A program made the translations under genes and the position numbers. From positions 96,001-160,000 of the forward strand of contig CAVYYI010000001.1 in assembly GCA_963772725.1 (NCBI GenBank): DNA of 64,000 nucleotides. The letters run 5' to 3'. Positions 12,461 to 24,918 of this stretch are shown here, piece after piece (positions within the stretch are counted from its first letter, which is position 1; each line of letters opens with the position of its first letter). The DNA is from an uncultured Phycisphaerales bacterium (GTDB lineage: Bacteria; Planctomycetota; Phycisphaerae; Sedimentisphaerales; Anaerobacaceae). Under the pieces are notes generated by a model, which saw nothing but the letters and a program-made list of their open reading frames with translations, searched no databases and was not told the origin of the DNA.

Positions 12461-14113
12461 AAGACTTCTGCAAAATGAATGATTTTTAGCAGAGGTCGGA
12501 ACGGATAAACAACGCAATGGCAGTGGAACTGATGGATTATTGCAGCATGAGTGTGAATTTTGGTTTTTTTAAGGCCAGAAGGCCTGTTTAGAGACAGAGT
12601 ATCCCCGAGAGTTCTGTCTTAGCTCTTTGAAAAGTTAATCGTTCAACGTCAACTGAGACATCAGCCGGCCTTGCGTCGGTTTGGTATTTGTGCGAATGTT
12701 TTATGGCAACGCATTTTCCCGGGCTGTTTAAGCAATATAGCAGCGGCAACGCCGATAAGACTTGCCGTCAGATGAGCGATTGTCATCTGATTACGCACGG
12801 TTTTCAATGAATAGTGCGTAGTCTGTTCAGCTTCACGGTCTCCTAACCGAGCAAAGTATTGCTCGACTGATTCTCTTTGCTTGAAAGTTTCCTTAAATTC
12901 CCTTGAATCCCTTGGGACACGCGAACGTGCATCTTCAGTGATATCAATGTACTTGGTACAGCCGTAGCATTTGCCGGTATTGAAGGATGGAAGGTTTACC
13001 GGACAGGTGTTACTAAGTTTTTCAGCAGTCTTTTTGCTGACCTTTAAGGGGCAGCGAAACTTGATGCGTTCACGATTGCCCTCGGTCCATCTTCCGGTCG
13101 ACCTCATTTCAAGACCAGCATCACAGATGGGACAGCCGTGAGGGCCAAAAGTCTTGTCATCTTTCTGATTTCTTGGGTTGATTGGGATATATGGGTTTCC
13201 CTTCATCTTTCCAACTATAAAGGTGTACAGGTCTCTGACATCGTAGGCCTTATCCGCAAGAAACAGAAAGCCTTTTCTGACCCTGTATCTGCGTTTGAGT
13301 TCTTTAAGCAGCTTGAAGGCAACCTGCTGGTCTGTGGTGTTGTTTGGCAGAGTTATTTCAACAAGCGATATTCCTTGTTTTGAGATTATGACATGTGTCC
13401 TGTATCCCCAGAAGAACAGCATGTTTTCCTTTTTGCCGTTGAGGACCTGACAAGAATAATAGCTCAATGTTGCAGCAGGATTTCGAGTGGGCGTCTTGGT
13501 TTTATCGGTGGTGTTTCGGGCGGGATTTTTGAGATTATTTTCTTTTGTGGCAGCCATAACAGGTTTGGAGTCAATGATCAAGGTATCAAGGCTGACTAAT
13601 CCCTGTTCGATAAGCCGCTGATTTAGACGGTAATGAATTTCTTTGAGAACAGAGTTATCGGTATCTGCCAAGAAACGATAGAATTGGGATTCGTCCGGCA
13701 TATTCCCGAGCGTAAAGCCGCACAGTTCCAGCAGAGGCGGATTGGCTTGAAGATATTCGATAAGCTCAGGGACAGATTTTATTTGCTGAAGATGTTTGAC
13801 GATGAGTGTCTCAGGATGGCATGTCGTGAGTGACCTGTTCTGCCGACACCGAAGTTTCTGTCGGGCAGAATGGAAATATCGAGAGCCTGAAAGAGATAGA
13901 AGTACTTTCGCAGCAGCGATGAATTTCTGACAAGCTCCTGGAGGTCATAAAATAGTGACGTTTGAACGTGGTACATAAAAAAATCTCCTTTATTTTGGTT
14001 GTAAGTCCTTTTACTGACAACGCTTACATAATATCCAAAATGGAGGAGATTGCAAGAAAAATAATGACATAAGTCGTTATTTAACAAATATTTATGAATT
14101 TTACAAAAGGCTT
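12461..14113 (-). mobile_element. IS copy 2, in tandem with copy 1; transposase 12661..13976 split by a 1-bp deletion near 13808
   Basis: Same sequence as copy 1 except gagtgtctcagg vs gagtgctctcagg; 11-bp target duplication atgaaaaatta at 10786-10796 and 14114-14124 flanks the pair. Confidence 0.9.
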
Positions 14114-14143
14114 ATGAAAAATTACAAAAAGGAGAATATTACG

Positions 14144-17100
14144 ATGCGTTTAAAATTAACAGTTTTAATGGTTCTTGTTTTATTACTGGTTGTGGTCGGC
14201 AATGTCAGGGGAACCACCCGTACCTGGGACCACGGCGGAGCCGATAGGCTCTGGAAAACCGCGGGTAACTGGTCTTCAGATACCGTGCCGACAAGTGCCG
14301 ATTATGCTCAAATTGTCGACACTGGCTCAGATAAGCCGATTATCAACTCAGACCACACAGGCGCAAACGCTGCGAGGTGCTACGACCTGAGGCTGGGATA
14401 TAACGCAGGAACTTCTGGTGAAGCTGAAATGACCGGCGGTGAGTTAATCTGCAATTCGAGGCTCCAGTGCGGATATAATGGAACAGGCACTTTTACGATG
14501 AGCGGAGGAAGTATTGCAGTTACAACTTATGATGTGGATATCGGCGCTGCTGTCAGCGGTACGGGAAGCGTATTTAATATGAGCGGCGGTACCATTAACT
14601 CGGCAAGATACTTTTATGTTGGTCACCTCAGCGCCGGCACCTTTAATATGAGCGGCGGTTTGGTTACGGCTACCGGCGGCAATACCATCATTGGACAGGG
14701 CGCCAGCGGCGGCAACTACGGCACAATAAATATCAGTGCCGGTACCATAGATACAACAGGCCAGCTTATCAGGCTTGGTTATAACACCAGGGGTATTATC
14801 AATATGACCGGCGGTCGAATCGAGGCCGGCGATTTGCATGTTCCGTATTCCGATTCTTACAGCGGTCAGGGTGATGTAAATCTCCATGGCGGCTTAATCA
14901 ACACCGCTGCATTCTGGATGGGCAGCAACGGATATATGGATATTCAATCAGGGACGCTCATAATAGACGGTAATGTAACATCGACAATCAATTCTTATGT
15001 TTTGGCGGGCAAAATAAAAGGTTATGGCGGCAACGGCCTGGTCAATATAAGCTATAACACACCCAACGCGGGCAAAACAACTGTAACAGCGGCGAGCATG
15101 ACAAATGCTTCTAACCCGAATCCCGCAGATGGCGCCATAAACGTAGATACAGATACCGACTTGAACTGGTCGGCGGGATTTGGTGCGACATCACACGATG
15201 TATATCTTGGCACCATTTGGGCTGATGTGAATAGCGCTACTACTGCTTCATCAGTATTCAAAGGCAACAGGACGGATGCAATTTTTGACCCGGGTACACT
15301 TGTATCTGGCAAGACCTACTACTGGAGGATCGATGAAAAGAACGGTAGTACCTATAAAGGCGATGTCTGGAGTTTTACGACGCAGACAACCAGCCTTACG
15401 CTTGAGAATAGTGCCTATAAGCTTGCTCTTGACCAGGATTTTGATGTTTTCGTAAAAAATAAAAATTCAAATACAACCTCGACGTTTACGACGCAATTTA
15501 CGGTGATATATAATGCTGTTAGACCAACTTTGTCATCAACCAGTGATTTGACTGCAACCTGGAAATCGGCTGGAAAAAATCTTTTTGGTACAGGCACAAA
15601 CACAAATATAGAAGCAGTCAATGCTGAGATAATAGATAATAATATAGTTTTGACATATCCTGCACAGACCAATTTTGATTTAACTGCCTGGCTGGATTTG
15701 TCAACCGATTACAACGAGCCGGCTTTGAGATATACTCTAAAGGCCAAGAATGCCGGCTGGTTCATGCTCGGTTATACCGGCGCTCCTGAGACTGACCCCA
15801 ATACTATGGAGAAGTTTCATCAGCCGACGATGTGGGGTGATGGTGTTATAAAACCTCCGGACGCTGCTGTTGCTCCTGCTTTCCCGACCACACCCAAATT
15901 CTGCCAGGAATTTCTCTGCCCGCTTCCTGCGGTTATGACAAGAGATGTTAATGGTGTGGATTGTGCAGTAGTCGTCAGTCCGGATTATCAGTCATTCCGA
16001 CTGCCGCATTACAAGAACGTCGAATTCGGCATTTGCATCAGGAATTTAGACGGCAAGGCCCAGCCGATGATTTTCTCACCGGAAATGGGCGCACAGGAAG
16101 CGAACCTGCCGACCGATAAGGATTCGTACCTTGCAGTGGATGCAACTCACAGCTTTGGTGTTCTGCTGGCGGTAGATAATTCCAAATGGTACGATTTCTA
16201 CAAGGGCATAGTCAAGAACATCTTTAAATTCAGGGACCAGCGGGATAATACAGGTACGGGCTCTTTGAATACGTTTTTGGCCAATATAACTGATTACGCA
16301 ATGGATGCCGACGGCAATAACTACAATATGTGGGACTCTAACCAGAAATGCAACGAGTATTTGACTGACCAGGCGTATTCATTCAAGATTCTGGGCGGAT
16401 TGTTTGCAATCAATTCCGCGATAGTCCTGGACAACAACGAGATGTTCTGGTCCCGCTCACTTCCGCAGGTCGAATACGCTCTCAGCCGTGAAGCCGAGGG
16501 GTTCCATCCTTATGATTACAACTACAATACACAGATGACGTACAACAATAATATGAACGGCCCATGGATGAGCGGAATAGAATTGGGTAATTTGTACCGG
16601 CTCACCGGCGGTCGTACCAAGGCATTTGAAATCTATTCTAAGGAAAAAGGCCATAACAACCAGCAGAGCTTTTTCTATGAATCCCTCGAGTGGTATCGTC
16701 TCTATGGCGACAGCAATGAATTGACCGCTGCTGATTACCGGCGCCTACTACACAATAAATACCAGCCACTACCGCTGTTGTGATTTTCAGAAGTTCCTGG
16801 AGATGTATGAGGAAACCGGGGATTCCAACTACTTGGATGCGGCAAAAGTTAATGCATACCAGTTTATGTCGTCTCTCAATACTTCACCGAGGGTTAAGGA
16901 TGAAAATTACTTAGTGGATGAGTTTAATCAGGCGCCTATACATTTCCAGACCCCTGGCAGATGGCTTAATATGGGATTTGATCCGCCGGTAGCAATGTAC
17001 GCCCCTGAACAATCGGTACCTTCGTGGCGTGTAGCGCTTACCGGTATGCAGCCGGAGTCATGGAGGGCATTTACGTTCCAGGAATTTCCGGGCGGATTGA

Positions 17101-18596
17101 TGCGGCTAAGCAGATATGCAAATGACGACTTCATGCGAACTATGGCACGATGGTCAACCGTTGGCAGATGGGCAAATTATCCTTCCCAGATGTTCCCAAG
17201 GAAGTATTCGCTGGTCTATGAGCAGGATGATTTCTGTATGCATCCGCTGGAGTATATGACTTTCAGCTCAATGCACTTCTGGCATCACTGGATGTCTATA
17301 CCCTGGACGATTGATTTTATGGTTAATGACGTACTGGTCAAAGCCGACGGCAACATCGATTTCCCGTCTCGAAGACTCTTTGACGGCGGTGCAGGCAGCA
17401 GGTTTAATATCTGGGGCGACAGGCCAGGAACGTTCTACGGCGACGAGAACGTAAACCTTTGGATTCCCAACAACCTGCTAACACTCAGCAGCCGGCAGAT
17501 TAACTACATTGCAGGTCATGGCAACGGCAAGCTTTACCTTGCCTTATCGAACCAGTCCACAAGTGCTCTTACAGGTGTTACTGTAACCGTTGATGCCAAC
17601 AGGGTTGATTATGACGCTTCGCATACGGTAAAAGTCTGGGAAGACAACTTGGCTAAATCCGATAAGACCCTCTCGAGCGGTACGGTAGAAGTCAATGTCC
17701 CTGCAAGAGGTCTTACAGCTCTGATTATCGAGAATGTCAGTGCCATAACCAGCAGGGTTCATACCAACCTGTTCAAGCCGGCTTACACGCTGACTGACAA
17801 TAGTCTTGTCAGAACCACCGAAAGCTTTGGCAAAATGGTTGGTATGATTATTTCCTTTGGCCCTGAGCTGACCGAGGCATATACCTATACCGATGCTCGG
17901 CCTTGGTATTCTCAGGGCATCGCAGGCGATACAAACAATGTAAAGATGCTCTACGCGATTGACGGCGGCTCATGGCAGGCAACCGCAATAGACAAGGTCT
18001 TTCCATTTGAATTCTCTGTTAAGATCGACCCTGATATCAACACATTTGCTTACAAATATGAGCTAAGGAACGATAGTAATGTGCTTACGACATCGAGTAC
18101 GTACACCCTGGTAGTTACACCTTATCAAGCCAGCAAACCGAGTCCCGCATATCAGGCGGCAGGGGTATCTGCAACCGCTGATTTAGGCTGGAAGGCGGGA
18201 TATTATGCTGCTTCACACAATGTCTATTTCGGTACATCGAAATCTGACGTTACTACCGCAACTACTGCTTCATCAGTTTACAAAGGTAATCGAACCGGTA
18301 AAACTTATGACTCAGGTAACATGACCCCGGGAGTTACTTACTACTGGCGGGTTGATGAAGTTAATGGGGTCAATATCTGGCAGGGAGCGGTCTGGAGTTT
18401 TACGGTGAAACTAAAACAGGGTGATTTTAATCGTGATGACAAGGTCGATTTCTACGATTTAGCTGTATTTACTTTACACTGGCTTGAAGATAAACATATC
18501 GGTGGTGATTGTCCGCAACAGCCGGTCGGAGACCTCAATGATGATTGCAGGGTTAATTTTATTGACTTTGCGATAATGGCTATGAACTGGGTTTGA
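14144..18596 (+). CDS. Large secreted modular protein, close paralog of 6005..10777; frameshift near 16730
   Basis: ORFs 14114..16783 and 16803..18596 are collinear with the paralog; true start is MRLKLTV at 14144 after a GGAG RBS. Confidence 0.8.
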
Positions 18597-18640
18597 GGAA
18601 TTGTTACCCCTGAGGTGTAAAAATCCTGGAGGATTGGTAT

Positions 18641-21600
18641 ATGAAAAAAGCACGTTTAGTTCTTCTGTTGCTTGTTCATAGCATAATGCCAGCTGATTGG
18701 ATAACGGCGGTTAAGGCGGAAATTCAGTTGATTGCACCTGATAGTCTTGCAGCAGCGGCATCAAGTGAAAGCACGCAATGGGGTAATCGTTTTGCGATAT
18801 ATGCTGTTAATGGCAGCGGAATGACCGGCGATGCACACAGTGCATCAGGTGCAAATAATCAAATGTGGATGAGTTACAGCGATGCTCTGCCGCAATGGTT
18901 TAAGGTCGACCTTGGTTCCAGTTTTGATATGAATTCCATGAAGGTCTGGAACTTTAACTGGACAGGTTATACCAATAGAGGCTGCAAAAATGTCGATATT
19001 TATTACTCAAACTCAGGCAGTGACCCTGGCAATCCGATTAACAATCCGGCCAACTGGAATTTTTTCGGCAGTTATATTCTGACGCAGGCTCCCGGTGCGA
19101 ACGATTACGGAACAACTAATGCCGTCATACCGGATGTGATAGAATTATCAGGACTAACCATCCGGTGGTTCGCCCTGAAAATTAACAGCAGCTACGGCGG
19201 CAGCTATTGCGGCCTGGGTGAAATACGGTTTTTCAAGGACGTGGTGACGCCTGAGGTTTTTGCTGCCGGTGACACAAGTAAAGACGGCAGAGTTGATTTC
19301 AATGATTTGCTGATTGTAACACAAAACTGGCTTGCCAGCGATTGTAACAGTCAAAATAATTGGTGCAGCGGAGCAGACATCGACCAGTCAGGCAGCGTCG
19401 ACATGAAGGATTTTGCCGTACTGGCACAAAACTGGCTAAAGCTGCAATCATGGCGTCCCGGAATCGATTCTCAAACCGTTCTCGTTGAAACCGAAAATTT
19501 TACAAATACCGGCGGCTGGGGTATCGACCAGCAGTTTATGGACCAGATGGGCTCACCCTATCTGATTGCGCATGGGCTTGGCAAACCCGTTGCCGATGCT
19601 AATACTGCGGTTCAGTTCTCTGCGGCGGGGCAATACAGGGTATGGGTTCGTACACTGGACTGGATTGCAAAGTTCGGTTACACAGGTTCGCCCGGAAAGT
19701 TCAATCTTATTGTCAACGGCCAAACCATTGCAGCAGCATTCGGGACACAGGGGGCAACCTGGCATTGGCAGGATGGCGGAATGGTTGAAATCATAAATCC
19801 CTTAACCGGTATTGCATTGCACGACCTGACCGGGTTTGAAGGCCGCTGCGATGCGATTCTTTTTACTACCGACCTTCAGTTTGTTCCGCCAAATAAAACA
19901 GAGGAGTTAAAAGCATTTCGCAACTGGGCAGCGAAAAAACCTGTTCAGCCGGATGATGTTGGTCAATTCGACCTTGTAACCTGAACTTTGTTTAAGCTGT
20001 GATGCAAAGAAATTCTCTGGGCTGGTAGCTGACGTTTTCGATTTTGAGCGCAGGCTTTTTCGGCAGTCTCGTATAGGCTACAAGACCGGCTATCAAATGT
20101 GCTAAAAAGTTGATCGGGCTGCGGTGGCGTGAATGTTCGATCTGACAGACATTTTTGAGTGTGTCATTGACCGTTTCAATCAATGAACGCTTTCGCAGCA
20201 GGATTTTATCCTCCAACTCCATCAAACGGCATTTCATATTTGCGCGCATATTGGTTACCAGCTTAATTCCCTTGGCCAACAGTTTTTCAAACAGGCTCTG
20301 GCTGATGTAACCCTTGTCGCCAAATAGCTTTCCGAACAGGCCGTCGGCCATTGTCTCCACCGTGCTGCGATCATCGACATTACCTGCTGTCAGGCGGCAG
20401 CCCAATAAACCGCCGCGGTCATTAATGATCAGATGTAATTTAAAGCCAAAAAACCAGCCCATCGTTGTTTTACCTATTTGAGCAAGCCCGTCGAAAACAC
20501 GGTTGCGGCTGATGCGTTTATTATGACAGACTTTAAGTGCGGTGCTGTCAATAAAAGAAATACCCGTGGGCTCATCCATGCCATCGGTTTGCAAATATAC
20601 AAGCAGCGGGATTATTGCCCTTGGTATCAGATAAACAAAGCGGTCGTAGCTGACCATATCGGGAAAATCATGGCGGTGATGGGCAAGAAGGTAGTGATAG
20701 AAATCCTTGAAAGTGCGATAGCCGCTGGTTTGGAAGGCAATAAGAATAGTCATGATCTCGCTGGTACTTAAGTTGCCTTGCCTGTTGCGTTTACGTGTTC
20801 CATCTTCTATGAGGTGCTTTACATACATTTTTTCAAAAGCTTTCCAACAATCATCGACATTCACAAATAATGTGGTAAAATCCGCTGTCATACGGCCTCC
20901 TTGCCTGCTTGGTTAATAATATTTACAAAACTATTATTTCCATCGGCAGGTTGGCCGTTTTTCTTGTATCCTTATCCAAAGTTCAGGTTGACAACAATAT
21001 TATTTCCTTCGGCAGACAGGCCGTTTTTCTATATCCTTATCCAAAGTTCAGGTTTGTAGTTGTCGGCGGCGGAATGTCGGGAATATGCTCAGCGGTTTCT
21101 GCAGCAAGACTCGGACTCAGTGTTGCCCTGCTCCAGGACAGGCCGGTTCTCGGAGGCAACAATAGTTCTGAAGTACGGGTCGGGCTTGGAGGAACAACCT
21201 GTGAGATGCCATATCCGAATGTCGGAAAACTTGTCAAAGAAATTGAATCAGGCAATAGCGATGCCAGAAAACTTGCCATTGTTCAGGGTGAATCTGATAT
21301 TGCGTTATATCTGAATTATCGGGCAAATCAAGTCGAAATGGATTCAGGCAAAATTACCGCCGTGATTGCTGAAAATATCAGGACTGGCGAGCGAAAGCGT
21401 TTTTATGGCGATTATTTTGCTGACTGTACCGGTGACGGCACTATCGGTTTTTTAGCCGGTGCTGATTTCGATATAACATCTCCTGAATCCGGTCACATGG
21501 GACCTTCAAATATGTGCAGCTGGCAAAATCGCGGATATCCTGTGCCGTTTCCTTCCTGTCCATGGGCGATCAATCTTAGCAGCGGAAACTTCCCGACACT

Positions 21601-22770
21601 CGGCAAATGGTATTGGGAAAGCGGTTTTTATCTCAACCCCTTCGACAAAATTGAGCATATTCGCGACTGGAACTTTATGGCGATGTATGGCGCATGGGAC
21701 TGTCTCAAGAATATCAGGACAAACAATGTTAATGACGAACTCACCTGGGCAGCATATATTGCCGGCAAACGTGAATCACGCAGGTTGCTCGGCGATTTGA
21801 TTCTCACAGAAGAAGACCTTGTGAACAGTATTGCTTATCCTGATGGTTGTGTTCCCACAGGCTGGAGTATTGATGTCCATATGCCCAATCCTGCTTACGA
21901 CCCAAATCCTTCCTATAAAGGCGATGAGTTCATCTCTCTGGTTTACAATTCCGTCAGCTATCCATTACCGTACTGGGTTCCATATCGCTGCCTGTATTCC
22001 CGGAACATTTCGAATCTTTTTATGGCAGGCAGAGACATTAGCGTTACGCACAGGGCGTTAGGCGCCGTGCGTGTCCAGCGAACTACCGGCATAATGGGCG
22101 AAATTGTCGGAATGGCCGCTTCACTGTGCAAAAAATATAATACAGACCCGCGTTCCATATACCAGTATCATTTAGATGACCTCAAACAATTGATGCTTTG
22201 TGGCGTCGGCGCAAATCCCTTTGACCTTAACGATTTTGCTGACCCCTGCGGCCTGATAGCGCCTGAGACATTGACGGCTTCCGCATCATCCAATTATTCC
22301 AGTCGTGACGCCAAGTACGCGGTGAATCGTGCCGGTATGATAGGTCAGGCACATACGAGTTTGACTCCTGTTGGGAAAATGTGGATGAGCGAAGGAGGAA
22401 GCTATCCTCAGTGGTTTAAGGTCGATTTAGCAACAAGCTGCAGCCTTGTTCGAATCAAAATCTGGAATTTTAACTGGACAGGCTACCTCAACCGCGGCTG
22501 TAAGCAGGTTGATATTTACTGGTCGAATTCCGATAGTAATCCCGGCAATCCGGTTGACAACCCGGACAACTGGACGCTGCTCGGCGAAGCGGGACAGCGA
22601 ATTTTAATGCAGGCGCTGGCGCAGATGATTATGGCACAACTAATTCGGTTAAACCCGATGAAATCGACTTTTCAGGTATTACAGCAAGATGGGTTGCACT
22701 CAAAATTAATAGTTGTTATACTATCACCGGCAACTACTGCGGCATAAGCGAGATACAGTTTTATCATTAA
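18641..22770 (+). pseudogene. Secreted FAD-dependent oxidoreductase with discoidin-like and dockerin-like domains, interrupted by IS982
   Basis: Removing 19979..21053 and one TTGTA copy restores FDLVVVGGGMSG (Rossmann motif); DCTGDG and GKRESRRLLGD motifs; second frameshift near 22615. Confidence 0.8.
19979..21053 (-). mobile_element. IS982-family element with a doubled left end; transposase 19992..20891
   Basis: IRs acctgaactttg; IDSTALKVCHNKRI...GWFFGFKLHL...GDKGY motifs; TTGTA target duplication at 19974-19978 and 21054-21058. Confidence 0.9.
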
Positions 22771-22810
22771 GAACTGAACAGTAATGTTATAATTTTTTAA
22801 GGAGAAATAA

Positions 22811-23776
22811 ATGTATAGTAAAACACTAAAAACATTTTTTCTAATCCCCGTTTTGTTTATCGTTGTAACGTCTCTTGCGGCGCAGACTCCCGAAACTGCC
22901 GCACCACGGCAAAAGTTCAAAAGCAAGATGCATATTCCGGTGAAACTTGCCGATGAGTCAACGCCATTACCGCCTGCGGGATACAAACTCGTCTGGTCGG
23001 AAGAGTTTGACGGCAGCCGGCTCAATACTGCTAAATGGGACTATCGTATTGGCATCAGGCGACAGAGCGTCCAGCGTCCGGAGAATGTCTCCGTGAGCGA
23101 CGGTAAACTGCATATCTCGCTGAAAAAGGAAGAATTCGAAGGCCAATCATACACAGGCGGCGGGGTTATCAGTAAACAGTTGTTTGTCTATGGTTACTAC
23201 GAAGCCCGATTCAAAACACCTGCTGCCGAGGGTTGGCATACTTCGTTCTGGACCATGCTGCATCGACCATCAGAAGAGACCTCTGTTGGCACAAAGACTC
23301 CTTATAAGCTTGAAATAGATTTTTGTGAGCAGGACGGCGGCGACCCAAATTTGTACAGCTTTGGTGTAATTGTCCACAAATCGGCCGCCGGGAAAAACCA
23401 GACCCGCAGTGCGGGCCGCTGGGTAATTGAGGATGTTCCCAATACTTCGCTTGATTTTCATGTTTGGGGCTGCGAATTCACACCGGAGAAAGTACGATTC
23501 TATTTTGACGGTAAACTGGCGCACGAAATGGACGCCAATACCTTCCCGCATGGCCAGATGAATGTCTGGCTGACATCTATTGCAGGTGTAATGAAAGGCG
23601 ACCGCTTTGTTGACGATTCAAAGCTGCCAAACGATGCGGTGTTTGACTATGTACGAGTGTACCAAAATCCTAAGTACAATTTAGCCGAGGATGCTGTGCG
23701 AAAAGCTGCAGCAAGGCATGAGCAGGCTCCTGCCGCAAAAACCGATTCCACCCCAGCACACGATGACCTCAACTAA
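22811..23776 (+). CDS. Secreted glycoside hydrolase family 16
   Basis: LVWSEEFDG, YGYYEARF, catalytic EIDFCE, FHVWGCEF, DYVRVYQ; signal peptide. Confidence 0.85.
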   Translation: MYSKTLKTFFLIPVLFIVVTSLAAQTPETAAPRQKFKSKMHIPVKLADESTPLPPAGYKLVWSEEFDGSRLNTAKWDYRIGIRRQSVQRPENVSVSDGKLHISLKKEEFEGQSYTGGGVISKQLFVYGYYEARFKTPAAEGWHTSFWTMLHRPSEETSVGTKTPYKLEIDFCEQDGGDPNLYSFGVIVHKSAAGKNQTRSAGRWVIEDVPNTSLDFHVWGCEFTPEKVRFYFDGKLAHEMDANTFPHGQMNVWLTSIAGVMKGDRFVDDSKLPNDAVFDYVRVYQNPKYNLAEDAVRKAAARHEQAPAAKTDSTPAHDDLN

Positions 23777-23845
23777 ACATGGACAAGTTAAGAGTTTTGT
23801 GAAATAATAATCAATATAACAGTAATCAGAAAGGAAATAAAAAAA

Positions 23846-24781
23846 ATGCAAAATAAAATCACAAAAATAGTTTTTTCTGGTCTCGTGATGGTTTTCATTT
23901 GTACGTCACTTTTGGCGCAAACTTCTGAATCCGCCAAACCTGTTGCACCGCGGCAAAAGTTCAAAAGCAAGATGCACATTCCGATAAAGCTGGCCAGTGA
24001 TATAACGCCGCTGCCGCCTGCCGGGTACAAACTCGTCTGGTCAGACGAATTTGACGGTAATCAAATTGATATGTCAAAGTGGGTTTTTCGCACCGACAGT
24101 AAATTATTCAGCACCCAAAAACCGGAAAATGTTAAAGTCTCCGATGGCAAACTGCATCTGTTACTAAAAAAAGAGCAGGCGAACGGCAAGGAATACACAG
24201 GGGGCGGTGTTATCAGTAAAGAAACATTTGTGTACGCATATTACGAAGCTCGGTTCAGGACTCCTCCTGCCGAAGGCTGGCATACTTCCTTCTGGACGCA
24301 ATTCCATGATGGCTCCGGTGGAACAATTCCTGCTATTGCCAGGCTCGAACTTGACATTTGTGAGCAGGATGGCGGTGACCCCTGCTACTATAGTTTTGGC
24401 GTTATAAATCATAAACCGGACAAATCCAAAAAGGAGAAGGGCAATGTGGGCCGCTGGGTAATTGAAGATACACCTGATACTTCAGCCGATTTCCACATCT
24501 GGGGCTGTGAATTCACACCGGATAAGGTACGTTTTTATTTTGACGGCAAACTGGCACGAGAAATAGATGCCAACACATTCCCTCACGAGGATATGAATGT
24601 CTGGCTCACATCCATCGCAGGCAAAATGAAAGGCGACCGTTTTATTGACGATTCAAAGCTGCCCAATGAGGCTGTTTATGATTATGTCCGTGTGTATCAG
24701 AATCCCAAGTATCTCAATGCCGAAAAGGCCGTTAAAGCTGCTGCCGCTCAATGGCGGGTATCCAGGAAAAACTCTAAATAG
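23846..24781 (+). CDS. Secreted glycoside hydrolase family 16 (tandem paralog)
   Basis: LVWSDEFDG, catalytic ELDICE, DYVRVYQ; strongly similar to the upstream gene. Confidence 0.85.
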   Translation: MQNKITKIVFSGLVMVFICTSLLAQTSESAKPVAPRQKFKSKMHIPIKLASDITPLPPAGYKLVWSDEFDGNQIDMSKWVFRTDSKLFSTQKPENVKVSDGKLHLLLKKEQANGKEYTGGGVISKETFVYAYYEARFRTPPAEGWHTSFWTQFHDGSGGTIPAIARLELDICEQDGGDPCYYSFGVINHKPDKSKKEKGNVGRWVIEDTPDTSADFHIWGCEFTPDKVRFYFDGKLAREIDANTFPHEDMNVWLTSIAGKMKGDRFIDDSKLPNEAVYDYVRVYQNPKYLNAEKAVKAAAAQWRVSRKNSK

Positions 24782-24918
24782 AAAACTCTGTCCCCCGCTT
24801 TCACCGGAGGATTATTTCAATATGATACAGGTTTTGATATTATCCTTGAATTGTAAAAGGCTGTTCGAATAGATTTCCCGCGCCGCGAAATAGCTTGCCG
24901 AATAACTCTCGTCTGGAT

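Noticed and set aside
14114..14143. Start codon at 14114
   Set aside because: It is the duplicated IS target; paralogs and the RBS indicate a start at 14144
20909..21058. N-terminus of ORF 20909..22747 as a real gene start
   Set aside because: It is read-through of IS982 end sequence into the interrupted oxidoreductase
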